A stretch of 32,000 nucleotides of DNA, taken from the NCBI RefSeq assembly GCF_013365475.1, contig NZ_CP046579.1, forward strand, positions 510,001-542,000, given 5' to 3'. A program made the translations under genes and the position numbers. The notes under the pieces were generated by a model. That model worked only from the letters and a program-made list of their open reading frames with translations. It was not told where the DNA came from and did not search any database. Below, piece by piece: positions 1-11,800 of the stretch (the first letter of the stretch is position 1; the number at the start of each line of letters is the position of its first letter). This DNA is from Candidatus Saccharimonadota bacterium (GTDB lineage Bacteria > Pseudomonadota > Alphaproteobacteria > Rickettsiales > Anaplasmataceae).

Positions 1-537
1 GGTGAAATAGTGCAGAATAAGTGTAAAAAGTGTGGTGGGAATGGACGAAGAAGAGATGAAGTGAATATATCAGTTTCAATCCCGAAGGGGATAGAGGATG
101 GTGCCAAGGTAAGGGTAAGTGGTAAAGGAGAGGCTGGAGCAAGGGGTGGAGAAAATGGAGATTTATATGTATATATAAAAATTCTTCCACATAAAATCTT
201 TACTCGTGATAAAGCTGATTTACATTGCAAAGTACCTATAAAAATGACATTAGCAGCTCTTGGTGGTGAAATAGATGTTCAATCAATTGATAAAGCTAAA
301 ATAAAAATAAAAGTCCCTGAAGGTACTCAAACTGGTACTAAATTACGTTGTAGAGAAAAAGGTATGCCATATATAAACTCAAATGCACGTGGTGATTTGT
401 ATGTGCAGGTGATAATTGAAACTTTAAACCCAAAAACATTAACTAAAAAACAAATTGAGTTGTTAAAAGCACTTGAAGAAGAAGAAAATATGCAGCAGCC
501 CCCAGAAGGGTTTTTTAGCAAAGTAAAAAAAAAGTAA
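1..537 (+). CDS. dnaJ: Chaperone DnaJ, C-terminal ~178 codons (5' end lies left of the window)
   Basis: The frame is open from base 1. It contains the last zinc-finger repeat CKKCGGNG (CxxCxGxG), then DnaJ C-terminal domain motifs (GDLYVYI, GDLYVQV). Stop TAA at 535-537. Confidence 0.9.
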   Translation, partial: GEIVQNKCKKCGGNGRRRDEVNISVSIPKGIEDGAKVRVSGKGEAGARGGENGDLYVYIKILPHKIFTRDKADLHCKVPIKMTLAALGGEIDVQSIDKAKIKIKVPEGTQTGTKLRCREKGMPYINSNARGDLYVQVIIETLNPKTLTKKQIELLKALEEEENMQQPPEGFFSKVKKK

Positions 538-1015
538 AAAACTTATTAGATGATGCTAAGAATAATTTTAAGTCTCTTTAATTACTAAAATACTTGGTGC
601 GTAACTATACAGATATTTCTACGTGAGGTTAACTCTATCTGATTTTTAAATTGAGTAATGAGATAGGTGATGGAAGAGGAAGCTCTATGTGTTTATATGT
701 TTAATTTAATAGTTTTTAAAAAAGTCTTAAATTAAGTTGTAAATATACAGGTGTCTGATAATATTTTAAACTACCGTCTTCTATTTTTTAGTGCAATATA
801 GAAATAATATAATTAAGCAATAATCTAGTAAATCGTTCATTATAAAGTGGTAATATGCTACAAAAGTATGTTACTGCTATACTTAGCGACATTAGTGTAA
901 TAAAGTAGAATATCATAAACGCATAATCCATGGAAGAAAAATAGCATCGAAATATACCACTTTACTAAACCATGTAATCCTGATATAGTTACCTTCAAAG
1001 TATGCAAAAATATAA

Positions 1016-2014
1016 ATGGCAACTTTAAGCGTTAGAGAAGCTCTATGTACGGCAATTAGGGAAGAAATGCAAAATGACTGTGATGTGTTTATCATAGGGG
1101 AAGAGGTTGCAGAGTATGATGGTGCTTACAAAGTAACGAAAGGATTGCTGAAAGAATTTGGAGAGGGTAGGGTAGTTGATGCCCCAATCACTGAGCACGG
1201 GTTTACTGGCCTTGCTGTTGGAGCAGCGCTTGCTGGACTTAAGCCAATTGTTGAGTTTATGACCTTTAATTTTTCTATGCAGGCAATCGACCAAATCGTA
1301 AACTCTGCAGCAAAAATCAGCTATATGTCAGGTGGTCAGCTTGGGTGTTCTATAGTGTTTCGTGGACCGAATGGTGCTGCAACAAGAGTATCTGCACAAC
1401 ATTCTCAATGCTTTGCATCTTGGTACTCACATATACCGGGATTAAAAGTAATAGCACCTTACTTTTCATCTGATTGTAGAGGTCTACTCAAAGCAGCAAT
1501 CCGTGATCCAGGTCCAGTAATATTTTTAGAAAATGAAATTGCTTATGGGCATGAGCATGAAGTCTCTGATTCTGAGCTATCAAATAAAGATTATCTACTT
1601 AAGATAGGTAAAGCTGCTATTATCCGAAGAGGAAAGGATGTAACCATTACTGCTTTCTCGTTGAAGTTAGTAGATGCTTTAAATGCAGCAGATTTACTTT
1701 TAAATGAAGGTATAGAAGCTGAAGTTATTGACCTTAGAACTTTAAGGCCACTTGATACCAAAACTATTATTAATTCTATTAAAAAAACTAATAAGTTAGT
1801 AAGTGTAGAGGAAGGTTGGCCGTTTGCAGGAATAGGAGCAGAGTTATCCGCCATCATTATGGAACATGGATTTGATTATCTAGACGCCCCAATTGCTCGA
1901 GTAGCTAGTAAGGATGTCCCATTGCCTTATGCTGCAAACCTGGAAAAGAAAGCATTACCACAGGTAGAGGATATAATTAAAGCTGTACATCATACTTGCT
2001 TTAGAAAAGCTTAG
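1016..2014 (+). CDS. pdhB: Pyruvate dehydrogenase E1 component, beta subunit
   Basis: 332-aa ORF starting at ATG 1016. It shows the transketolase-like pyrimidine-binding and C-terminal domain pattern typical of E1-beta ([43 protein letters not shown]). Confidence 0.9.
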   Translation: MATLSVREALCTAIREEMQNDCDVFIIGEEVAEYDGAYKVTKGLLKEFGEGRVVDAPITEHGFTGLAVGAALAGLKPIVEFMTFNFSMQAIDQIVNSAAKISYMSGGQLGCSIVFRGPNGAATRVSAQHSQCFASWYSHIPGLKVIAPYFSSDCRGLLKAAIRDPGPVIFLENEIAYGHEHEVSDSELSNKDYLLKIGKAAIIRRGKDVTITAFSLKLVDALNAADLLLNEGIEAEVIDLRTLRPLDTKTIINSIKKTNKLVSVEEGWPFAGIGAELSAIIMEHGFDYLDAPIARVASKDVPLPYAANLEKKALPQVEDIIKAVHHTCFRKA

Positions 2015-3381
2015 CTATTCATTAAAAAGATTGCAGCTAAACCTAGAAATATAAAAGCAGAAAGAATATCAGTTGTTGCTGATGTTAGAATTGAAGAAGA
2101 AACTGCAGGGTCGGATTTTAAACGATGGAGCATTATAGGAATAAAAGTTCCAATAAATGTTGCAATAGTTGACATCATAACCATGGAAGCTACAAAAATA
2201 ACCTCTACTTTAAAACTATGAAATCTGATTACTAACACTACAAGTGATATGATAGATAAAATTATTCCATTTATCAAACCTATTAAAAGCTCTTTTATTA
2301 GTATTCTGTTTGCATTTTGCTCAGTTAAATATTTTGTTGCAATTGCTCTGATAGTTAGAGTTACTGTTTGAGATCCTGCGTTTCCACTCATTGATGCGAT
2401 TATTGGCATGATTATTGAAAGTACTATAAAACTTTCTATTACGCTATCGAAAAAACCAACTACTATAGAACATAGAGTTGCTGCTAAAAGGTTAAATAAT
2501 AGCCAAGGTAACCTCTGAATTATAGTTTTATGTATAGGAGCATTTATATCAGCTTTAGATGATACACCACTTATTTTAAGTACGTCCTCTTCTGTTTCTT
2601 GTTGGACAACCTTTATTACATCTTCAATTAAGATTACACCTATAATCTTGCCTCGTTTATTTACTACTGGAGCTGATAGTAGAGAATAATCTTTAAATAT
2701 TCTTGCTACCTCTTCCTGGTCTACTCCAGTTTTGATGATTTTTATATCCTGACTCATTATCTCTTTTATTATTGTTTCTCCTGAGTGGGATATTACTTTA
2801 CTTAAATTAACACTACCTATGGGTTCTAATTTTGAATTGATAATAAAGACCTGGTGAAATTTCTCTGGTATTTTTCTATAGTTTCGCAAAAATTCTGTTA
2901 GCTCATTTACTGTCCAATAATATGGTGCTATAACCATATTTTTATGTATTAACCTACCTGCACTTTCTTCTGGGTATGATAATAACTCTTCTACCAGTTT
3001 TTGAGTTGAACTTGGCAAGTAATCAAGTATACTACCTATAGACTTTTTGTCTAAATCTTTGACTATGGTCACTATATCTTCTACTTTAAGAAGCATTAAT
3101 AACTTTGCAGTATTTTCTACTCCAAGTGTCTCTATAATTTCCATTTGTAAATCTGGCACCACATGTACTAGGGCATCACTTAACAAGTGCTGATCTAGAA
3201 TACCAACTAGTTTTTCCCTGTGATCACTAATTGAAGTAGATAAAAAATATGCTAACTGAATGCTGTCTATTGCTTTTACAATCTTACGAGTATTTTCTAA
3301 CTCCTCATTATCAAGAGACTCAATCAAGTCATCAATAGCTTTTTTGTCTAAGCCATAATGAGAATTTATTTCAATATCCAT
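2011..3381 (-). CDS. mgtE: Magnesium transporter MgtE
   Basis: 456-aa ORF starting at ATG 3381. It has an N-terminal MgtE_N region, a CBS pair ([10 protein letters not shown]...[17 protein letters not shown]) and a C-terminal membrane domain with the MSGNAGSQ motif. Confidence 0.9.
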   Translation of the reverse strand: MDIEINSHYGLDKKAIDDLIESLDNEELENTRKIVKAIDSIQLAYFLSTSISDHREKLVGILDQHLLSDALVHVVPDLQMEIIETLGVENTAKLLMLLKVEDIVTIVKDLDKKSIGSILDYLPSSTQKLVEELLSYPEESAGRLIHKNMVIAPYYWTVNELTEFLRNYRKIPEKFHQVFIINSKLEPIGSVNLSKVISHSGETIIKEIMSQDIKIIKTGVDQEEVARIFKDYSLLSAPVVNKRGKIIGVILIEDVIKVVQQETEEDVLKISGVSSKADINAPIHKTIIQRLPWLLFNLLAATLCSIVVGFFDSVIESFIVLSIIMPIIASMSGNAGSQTVTLTIRAIATKYLTEQNANRILIKELLIGLINGIILSIISLVVLVIRFHSFKVEVIFVASMVMMSTIATFIGTFIPIMLHRLKSDPAVSSSILTSATTDILSAFIFLGLAAIFLMNS

Positions 3382-3414
3382 ATCTTTACCTTACTTTTTA
3401 ATAAATATATGTAC

Positions 3415-3442
3415 TTGATCCATTTAAGCATTAGAGTATAAT
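3415..3442 (+). promoter_or_regulatory. Candidate sigma70-type promoter for prfB
   Basis: TTGATC (3415-3420), a 16-nt spacer, then TATAAT (3437-3442), about 90 nt upstream of ATG 3536. This is a motif match only, in AT-rich DNA. Confidence 0.3.
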
Positions 3443-3535
3443 AAGATTGTTTTAAATTAACTACTATATGGTTAAATTTCTCTTTTGTGTACTGTTATTG
3501 TTATTGATAGTAAATATATTAAAACCCAAAGCGTA

Positions 3536-4652
3536 ATGAGAACTCATTTAGAAATCCTTGAACATTTTCAGAGCTTAGCTAAAAGTATTTCAGTTATTAG
3601 GAGGTGTCTTTGACTTAGAAAAATTAAAATTACGCCTTGCAGATCTGGAATCCCAAGCTATAGATGATAATTTATGGGAAGACAACAAAAAGGCGAAGAA
3701 AATTTTAATGGAGCGTTCTAAAATCAAGAATGATGTAGAGTCATTTTTAAAACTAGAGAGTGAATACAAGGATATTATTGCCTTAATGAAATTTGCTATT
3801 GACGAGAATGATGAAGGATTTTTTTCTAAAATTGAAAATGAACTAATAGAACTAGAAAAGTTAATCAAGCATAAGGAAGCAGAATCTTTATTTACTGGTG
3901 AAGCAGATAATAATAATTGCTTTTTAGAGATCCACTCAGGAGCTGGTGGAACTGAAAGTAATGATTGGGCTGAAATGCTTATAAATATGTATATAAGGTG
4001 GGCTGAAGTTTATCATAACTTTGAAGTTGAAATTGTGGAAAAATTAGATGGGGAATTAGTTGGAATAAAATCTGCAACAATAAAGATTATTGGAGAAAAA
4101 GCTTATGGATGGGCAAAAAGTGAAAGTGGCATTCACAGACTAGTTAGGATATCACCATTTGATGCAAGCAATAAACGCCATACCAGTTTTGCAAGTATAG
4201 GCGTTACTCCAGTAATAGATGATTCAATTGATATTGCTATAGATGGTAAAGATTTAAAAATTGATACTTACCGCGCCTCTGGAGCAGGAGGTCAGCATGT
4301 AAATAAAACTGAAAGCGCAGTGCGCATAACACATATCCCAACAGGCATTATAGTTCAATGCCAAAACAGCAGATCCCAGCATCAAAATAAAAATGATGCA
4401 TTAAAATTGCTTAAAGGACGTTTATATCAAATTAAATTGGAAGAAAAAGAACAAAAAATGGCTCAAGATTATAGCAAAAAACACGATATAAGTTGGGGCA
4501 ATCAAATTAGATCATATATCATGCACCCATATCAAATGGTAAAAGATTTAAGAACTGGATATGAAATTAGTAATATAAGTTCTGTTTTTAATGGTGACAT
4601 AGATTGCTTTATAGTTAGCATGCTCACCAATAAAAAAAATAGGTGTGATTAA
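3536..4652 (+). CDS. prfB: Peptide chain release factor 2, made by a programmed +1 frameshift (frame 0 3536-3610, then +1 frame 3612-4652; ~371 aa)
   Basis: ATG 3536 opens a 25-codon frame ending in CTT TGA C at 3608-3614. The +1 frame continues as DLEKLKLRLADLE into the 314-aa track ORF. RF2-specific SPF (RISPFDA) and GGQ (SGAGGQHVNKTES) motifs are present. Confidence 0.9.
3599..3614 (+). promoter_or_regulatory. prfB autoregulatory +1 frameshift site: internal Shine-Dalgarno-like AGGAGG, 3-nt spacer, slippery CTT followed by TGA C
   Basis: The sequence AGGAGG TGT CTT TGA C is read directly at 3599-3614. It matches the established RF2 frameshift cassette (SD-like element, CUU, UGA, C). Confidence 0.85.
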
Positions 4653-4854
4653 TTTTTGTATGATGTATTTATGGAACTTTGCTATGTTGTCCCGATTTGG
4701 AAACTCTAACTTATTATTAAGTAGGTGATTGTATAAAAGCAAAATTTTCAGTGTAAAGTCATCTACTTGAATGAGACTTCTTTCTGCACAGCTTTATTAT
4801 TTACTCCAGGTGTATTACATGTATACTTATTACTAAATTAAACTTAAAACGATA

Positions 4855-6690
4855 ATGAATGAGTTTAAATCGATTCGTAATATTGCAATAATCGCACACG
4901 TTGACCACGGCAAGACTACTTTGTTGGACAACATGTTAAAGCAGAATGGTATATTTCGCGAGAATCAAGGAATACAAGAACGGATTATGGATAGTAGCGA
5001 TCAAGAACGTGAACGTGGAATCACAATACTTGCGAAATGTACATCAATAATGTGGGAAAATGAAAAAATCAACATTATTGATACACCAGGACATGCAGAC
5101 TTTGGTGGAGAAGTAGAAAGGGTGCTATGCATGGCAGATGGTGTGCTACTGCTTGTTGATGCTGTCGAAGGTCCAATGCCACAGACCAAGTTTGTATTAT
5201 CAAAAGCACTAAAAGCAAATTTAAAGCCAATTGTAGTAATAAATAAGGTTGATCGACCAGACAGCAAAATTGATGAAGTATTAAATGAAATATACGAACT
5301 ATTTTTTAATCTTGATGCAACTAATGAGCAGCTAGATTTTCCAGTACTGTATGCCTCAGGTAGGAATGGCTGGTGTGTTAAGGATCTTTCTGATGAAAGG
5401 AAAGACTTGAGCCCATTATTTTCAACAGTTATAGATCACATAAAACCTTTTGTTTATGATCAAAAAGCACCTTTTGCTATGCTGGTCACTTTGCTTGAAT
5501 CTGATAAATTTCTTGGAAGAATATTAACAGGGAAAATTTATCAAGGAGTTGTGAAAGTTAACTCTGATCTTAAAGTATTTACCCTCGATGGTAGAGTAGT
5601 TGAGCGAGGAAGATTGATAAAATTGCTATCATTTTCTGGTTTAAAACGTATTCCAGTAGAACAAGCCGTAGCAGGTGATATAATTGCAATTGCAGGTCTT
5701 GAAAAAGCTTCAGTTTCAGACACTATAGCAGCACCTGAGGTTACAACTGCAATAAGCTCGACTCCTGTTGATCCACCAACTATGGCAGTCATGATAAGTG
5801 TTAATGATTCACCTCTTGCTGGACAAGAAGGAACAAAGCTTACCTCAAACGTTATAAAGGACCGTCTATATGCAGAGGCAGAAACAAATGTTGCAATTAC
5901 TGTAACTACAACACCTAGTGGCGAAGCGTTTGAAGTTGGTGGGCGTGGCGAACTACAACTTGGAGTGTTAATCGAGAACATGAGAAGAGAAGGCTTTGAA
6001 CTTTCTGTTTCACGTCCTAGGGTCTTTTTTAAAGAGGAAAATGGTAAAAAGCTTGAACCTATAGAGGAAGTAGTAATCGATGTAGATGATGAGTATAGCG
6101 GTATTGTCATGGAAAAACTCAGCTTGCGCAAAGGTGAAGTGACTGATGTGAGATCTTCCGGTAAGAATAGAACAAGATTAACTTTTTTGGTGCCATCAAG
6201 AGGATTGATTGGCTATCAAGGAGAGCTCTTAACTGATTCTCGTGGTACTGGTATAATTAATCGTTTATTTCATAGTTATGCTCCACATAAGGGGCAAATT
6301 TCAGGAAGGCGTAATGGAGTGCTGATTTCTACTGATAAAGGTGAAGCTGTAGCGTATGCAATTTTTAATTTACAAGACAGGGGAACAATGTTTATTAAGC
6401 CACAAGATAAAATGTATTGTGGTATGATCATTGGCCAGCATAGTCGTGAAAATGATTTGGAGATAAATGTTCTTAAAAGCAAGCAATTAACAAACATAAG
6501 AGCTACAGGTAGCGATGAAGCTATAAAACTTACTCCACCAAAGATAATGACTTTAGAGGAAATGATATCGTATATAGACGATGATGAATTGGTAGAAGTA
6601 ACTCCGAAATCTATACGTTTGCGTAAAAAATTACTTAACCCTAATGAACGTAAACGTGCAGAAAGGGAGAAAAAAATGAAGAATAGATAG
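4855..6690 (+). CDS. typA: Translational GTPase TypA/BipA
   Basis: 611-aa ORF with GTPase motifs AHVDHGKTT, DTPGHADFGGEVER and NKVDR. The EF-G-like domain order and C-terminal region are typical of BipA. Confidence 0.9.
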   Translation: MNEFKSIRNIAIIAHVDHGKTTLLDNMLKQNGIFRENQGIQERIMDSSDQERERGITILAKCTSIMWENEKINIIDTPGHADFGGEVERVLCMADGVLLLVDAVEGPMPQTKFVLSKALKANLKPIVVINKVDRPDSKIDEVLNEIYELFFNLDATNEQLDFPVLYASGRNGWCVKDLSDERKDLSPLFSTVIDHIKPFVYDQKAPFAMLVTLLESDKFLGRILTGKIYQGVVKVNSDLKVFTLDGRVVERGRLIKLLSFSGLKRIPVEQAVAGDIIAIAGLEKASVSDTIAAPEVTTAISSTPVDPPTMAVMISVNDSPLAGQEGTKLTSNVIKDRLYAEAETNVAITVTTTPSGEAFEVGGRGELQLGVLIENMRREGFELSVSRPRVFFKEENGKKLEPIEEVVIDVDDEYSGIVMEKLSLRKGEVTDVRSSGKNRTRLTFLVPSRGLIGYQGELLTDSRGTGIINRLFHSYAPHKGQISGRRNGVLISTDKGEAVAYAIFNLQDRGTMFIKPQDKMYCGMIIGQHSRENDLEINVLKSKQLTNIRATGSDEAIKLTPPKIMTLEEMISYIDDDELVEVTPKSIRLRKKLLNPNERKRAEREKKMKNR

Positions 6691-6965
6691 AAAAGAATAG
6701 ACATGATTATATATTTCTAATGTCAAACTTTTACTTATAGATGATAGCACATGCGTTCATCATTTCTACCTTGACAGTTACATTTTTCATTTTTTGCTAA
6801 GTTTCATTGCCATATATTTTTGGTAGTGAGCATTGGACCTTTAGGTCTTTATGATAGAGAGTAGTTCGTGTCTACCAGCAGTTACTAAAATTCCTAATTA
6901 GGATGGAGAAAATAGAATGAAATATCAAATAATATGCTCTATAATCAAGGTTTTAAGATAAGAAA

Positions 6966-7949
6966 ATGGCAATTTCTGTAGGAATTAATGGTCTTGGTAG
7001 AATAGGAAGGAATGTATTACGTGCTATTTTTGAAATAGAAAAATACAGTAAACAAATAGAAGTTATAGCTGTAAATGGATCACTTAGTGCTAAACAACAT
7101 GCACATTTGATTAAATATGACTCTATTCATGGTAAATTCAATGGTAATATTAGTTTTAGTGAATCTGAAAACTGGATTTCTATGAACGGCAGAAAATTTT
7201 TCTTGTATAGAGAACGGGATCCTGCAAACATTCTATGGGACGTTGATATAGTGTTTGAATGCACAGGTGCATTCAATAAGCGAACAGAAGCAATAAAGCA
7301 TAATGCAAGAAGAATAGTTGTCTCTGCTCCAGTTTTAGATGCTGATGTAACTATAGTTTATGGTGTGAACAATGATATGCTAAAAAAAGAGCATAAGATA
7401 ATATCTGCAGGTTCTTGTACTACAAATTGCCTAGCTCCTGTTGTTCAAGTTTTGCATTATAATTTAGGAATAAAAAGTGGTTTTATGACCACTATACATG
7501 CCTATACAAATGATCAAAACATTCTTGATGGCAATCATGAAGATTTACGAAGAGCAAGAGCTTGTGCGCTATCTATAGTACCAACTACAACTGGAGCAGC
7601 AAAAACAATCAATTCTATTATTCCTGAATTAAAAGGAAAGATAGACGGTACTGCCATTAGAGTTCCAATTAGTAATGTTTCCATGATTGATTTTAAATTT
7701 ATAACTGATAAAAAAGCAACTGCTAATGAAATAAATAAAATATTTAAGAATTCGACAAGTTATATACTTTCCACATGTGAGGATCCTTTAGTCTCAATAG
7801 ACTTCATACACACTCCTTATAGTGCAATTGTAGATCTAACTAGTACATATGTTACAGGTGATATATATAGGATTGCAGCATGGTACGATAACGAATGGGC
7901 CTTTTCATTGAGAATGCTAGATATAGCATTACTATGCTATAATAAATAA
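6966..7949 (+). CDS. gap: Glyceraldehyde-3-phosphate dehydrogenase (type I)
   Basis: 327-aa ORF with the NAD-binding motif INGLGRIGR, the catalytic motif SCTTNCLAP and the C-terminal WYDNEW. Confidence 0.9.
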   Translation: MAISVGINGLGRIGRNVLRAIFEIEKYSKQIEVIAVNGSLSAKQHAHLIKYDSIHGKFNGNISFSESENWISMNGRKFFLYRERDPANILWDVDIVFECTGAFNKRTEAIKHNARRIVVSAPVLDADVTIVYGVNNDMLKKEHKIISAGSCTTNCLAPVVQVLHYNLGIKSGFMTTIHAYTNDQNILDGNHEDLRRARACALSIVPTTTGAAKTINSIIPELKGKIDGTAIRVPISNVSMIDFKFITDKKATANEINKIFKNSTSYILSTCEDPLVSIDFIHTPYSAIVDLTSTYVTGDIYRIAAWYDNEWAFSLRMLDIALLCYNK

Positions 7950-7955
7950 TAGAGT

Positions 7956-8720
7956 ATGAAGAAAAAACAAGAAAAATATACTTCATTTTATGAGCACTTT
8001 GCAGAGCTTAGAAGAAAGGTCATTTTCTGCTTTCTATTTTTTCTTGTCGCTTTTTGTTTTTGCTATTATTTTAAGGAGAACATATACTATTTTTTGCTTA
8101 CACCACTAATGGAAATCACAAAAGGTAGTGGTGACTTTTCTCTAATCTACACAGATTTGACAGAAGCATTTTTTGTATATCTAAGGGTTGCTATAATGAG
8201 TGCTCTTCTGTTTTCTTTTCCTGTATTTGCGTGGAAATTTTATACATTTTTAGCACCTGGCTTATATAAAAGAGAAAGGGCAGTGTTGTTGCCATATTTA
8301 ATTGCGACGCCAGTCTTATTTATAACTGGGGCTGCTGTGGTTTATTACTACATATTTCCTTTAGCATGGAAATTTTTTATTGCTTTTGAGTATAGTAGTA
8401 AACCCTTCGGTATACCAATAGAATTTATGCCATCAGTGAGCGAATACTTAGATCTTGTTCTCCAATTCATGTTCGCATTTGGAACTGCATTTCAAATTCC
8501 AGTTATACTCACATTAATGGTCAGAGCTGGACTACTTACTACACAAAGTTTGTCGAATAGGCGTAGAATTGCAATAGTGTTAATTTTCATTATCGCTGCA
8601 ATTTTAACTCCACCTGATGTATTAAGCCAAGTAGGACTTGCTGTACCAATGTTGATTTTATATGAGATATCCATCTTAGTGTGTAGGTATATTGAAAAAA
8701 AAGCAAAGAGTAATACTTGA
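7956..8720 (+). CDS. tatC: Twin-arginine translocase subunit TatC
   Basis: 254-aa polytopic membrane ORF starting 6 nt after the gap stop. It carries the conserved TatC signature LTPPDVLSQ and a six-helix hydropathy pattern. Confidence 0.9.
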   Translation: MKKKQEKYTSFYEHFAELRRKVIFCFLFFLVAFCFCYYFKENIYYFLLTPLMEITKGSGDFSLIYTDLTEAFFVYLRVAIMSALLFSFPVFAWKFYTFLAPGLYKRERAVLLPYLIATPVLFITGAAVVYYYIFPLAWKFFIAFEYSSKPFGIPIEFMPSVSEYLDLVLQFMFAFGTAFQIPVILTLMVRAGLLTTQSLSNRRRIAIVLIFIIAAILTPPDVLSQVGLAVPMLILYEISILVCRYIEKKAKSNT

Positions 8721-8802
8721 GTATCAATATCTATCTGTATCTATAAATTACATAATATATATTATGGAAAATAGAACTAAAAACAAAGCATTTCATTTGT
8801 AT

Positions 8803-11800
8803 TTAAGTAGGCTTAGATTTCCTTTTTAGACCCTTAGTAAGGGCATCATTAGTCTTTGTCATAGCACTATCAAACACCTCCAATAATCTTTTAAATAGGC
8901 TTGGAGTTAATGAAAAAATAGGGTTAACAGATACGTTATTATTTTTATTATCACCACTTGCTTTGTAATCTATTGAAATAATACCCCTACTTTTTCCACC
9001 AGTAAGAAATTTTCCAATTATAGGAATTTTTAATAGAAATTTATTAATTAAGTATGCTGGTATTACTTGTCCTTCAACCTGAAATTTATGATCTTTAATA
9101 TCAATCTTACCACTAGTACTAATGCCTAATTCTGCTCCTTCAACCCATGACTCCTCAATTTTTATGAGACCACTTTTATACAAAAAGGGAGCATTATATT
9201 TATCAAAATACACACCCTCATTCTTTATAACATTTACAATACCAGGGAGCGAAGACATCGACAATAAAGTAGTGAGTAGTGGAGCATCTTTGATATAAAA
9301 ATTGCTAATGGATAACATGCCATAACGTTCACCATTTTCTCTCTGAGATGATAGATAAAAAGATAATTTCCCATTTTTAACTGATTTGCTAATGCCTAAG
9401 GACCGTAAAAACATACCTGAATTATCCGTGTATATTTCAAGACCTACTCCACTATACTCTGCAAATATATTACCGCTATCTTTAAGGAACTGCCCTGTAA
9501 ATCGACTCCCATTGCAACTACCCTTAGTACAAATCAAAGCTAGCTTAGCATCTTTAATAATAATATCTTCTTTCATAATTATGTTATCAACATTCATATC
9601 AATTTCTATTCCTATATCTCTGCTTAATTTATTATTATCTTTGCTGAAGAAATCCAAAATATTGCCTAAATTTACTTTCTTTCCCAAGATAGTTATAACG
9701 TTTTTCTCTTTACTTGATTTGATTTTTACACTTAAGTCACTGTTAGGCAGCATGAAGTTGCTAGAGTTTAAATGTAAATTCCCGTTTTCTAATTTTCCAC
9801 TGAATCTTATATCTAAGCCATTTCCAATAACATCTAGGCTATCTATTAATAGTTTTCCTATTCCATTTAATCTTGTAGAAAACACAATTTTATTGTGTGT
9901 ATTAGAATATTTTTTTTGTCCTAAGCAGCTTAAGCTCAATTCTAGCTTTGATAAATCTATGCTACCATTAATATATCCAGTCTTATCTGGATTTATCATT
10001 GATTCTATGTTAGCATTAATATGCCCACTATCTAGATTAAGTATCTTAGCTGGTAAATCACCAGTTAAATTCCAGGAAAGCCCCTTATTTTTATTACTGC
10101 TTTTCAGATCAAACAATAGCTGTGTGTTATTTACCATGCCACTTCCATGAAAATCAATGAAATCTCTGCCAAAATCAAGCTTAATATCATAGTTACCGAG
10201 ACTTGCACCGTAGATAACTAAATTATCAATTTTGGAATTAAAGCTGGCTAAAAAGTCTGCTTTTTTGTTACCAGAGTTTAGATTAAAAATACGTAAACTG
10301 AATACAGATTCCGCTCTTCCATTTATCTTATCACTTGTAACCTGAATGATATCATCTAGCTTAAATTTTATATGTTCATATAACCCATAAACATCACTTA
10401 CAGCTTGACCATTAATGATAAGAACTGAATCTTCTTTATTGAGAGAATTCATTTCAATTTGTCCGGCATTAATAATAAAATTCTGAAATTTAGCACTGTT
10501 TACAGTAATTTTAAGATCATTATTTTTAAGAGTCAGATTACCATTTAATTCCTTTACTTGTTTTGAATTTTCATCAAACTTTATGCTACCGTTTTCTATA
10601 TCAGCAACAATCATAATGTCTGACAGGTCATTATTATTGATTAAGCTATTGATTTTGCCGTTAAAATTTGTAATTATATTTACAATGTCACCACCAATAT
10701 GGTTGCAATACCATTTTTTAAATTTATTATTCACTATACCATCTGGTACATATGTGCATAAATCCCTTGTAGTGAGTCTACTAATATTAACCATAAGCAG
10801 AGCATTATTTGTATTAAAGTTTATCTTCCCTATTAAAGAAAGATATATGTTATCCAAGTTAAAATGGAAACTTTTTATACTAATGATTCTGTCTCCATAT
10901 GTTAAATTTATATTTACGTCAGTCATGGGTAAGCCTTTACTCACACTGCTCTCTATATTATTTAACACGTATATGTTCCCATCTATTACTTCATCATTTT
11001 CATTGATCCTTATAGAAAAGGTTCCTTTGAATCCTATGTCTTTACATAAATTGTAATCTTTAACTAATGTAATAAACCAACTTAATGATTCTAATTTTAG
11101 GTTATAGAACTTACCATGCATATCTAACAAACCATTACAATTTTTTATCACAATAGATAAGTTATCTAGAACTCCTTTCTTATCTTTTGTACGAATATAA
11201 ACATCTAAAGTATCAAAATTCTCTCCTTTCCCTATATACACCTTATTAATGAAAAATTTGCTCCCCATATCTTTATGGATTGAAATATTAGTAATTTCAA
11301 TCTTTGAATCTGTGCTTAATTTAAGGAATAATTTCCTTATTGCTTTCAAAAAGCTTTGGAAATTGAAATCAATTGTTTTGGAGTCAGATTTTTTTTTATT
11401 ATCTGCAGTCCAATCTATTATCATTAAATCTGCTGGTACTGTGACCCATTTTCTTTTCTCTTGAATTCCAGAGTCATGCGCTGGAACTACAGTTGTAGGA
11501 CAAATACGTATGTATATTTTGTCAGCTAAAATCTGAGAAAATTGCATATTGGTTTTAAATAATGAACTTAGCTTAAAATGTGCAGAAAAGTTAGAGATCT
11601 TTACAGCAAGAGCTTGGTTTGTTATTTTAAGGTCTGTAACAACCAAGCATATATCCTTGATGCCTTTTTGCCATACAACTGAAATGCTCTCCATATCAAT
11701 ATTTGCATTTGCAAACATTTTTGATATTTTTTTCTTTATATAAAAATTAATATAATTATTATTGATTTCTAAAGAATCATTCTTTTTAAATAAGATAAAA

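Noticed and set aside
679-690. 12-nt match (GAAGCTCTATGT) between the dnaJ/pdhB spacer and the pdhB 5' end (1037-1048), considered as a second gene-fragment duplication
   Set aside because: Identity does not extend beyond 12 nt on either side. A match of that length is expected by chance in a 32-kb AT-biased window.
5541-6131. 196-aa minus-strand ORF, together with 5001-5267 and 6276-6704, antisense to typA
   Set aside because: These are shadow ORFs opposite a strongly conserved GTPase gene. Their composition is S/T/P-rich with no recognisable domain.
9386-10150. 254-aa + strand ORF, together with 10583-11056, 11249-11464 and 11549-11743, antisense to the AsmA-like gene
   Set aside because: These ORFs lie entirely inside a well-supported minus-strand gene. 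Their products are low-complexity L/S/F/I/P strings with no motifs, as expected from the complement of an N/K/I/E-rich AT-rich gene.
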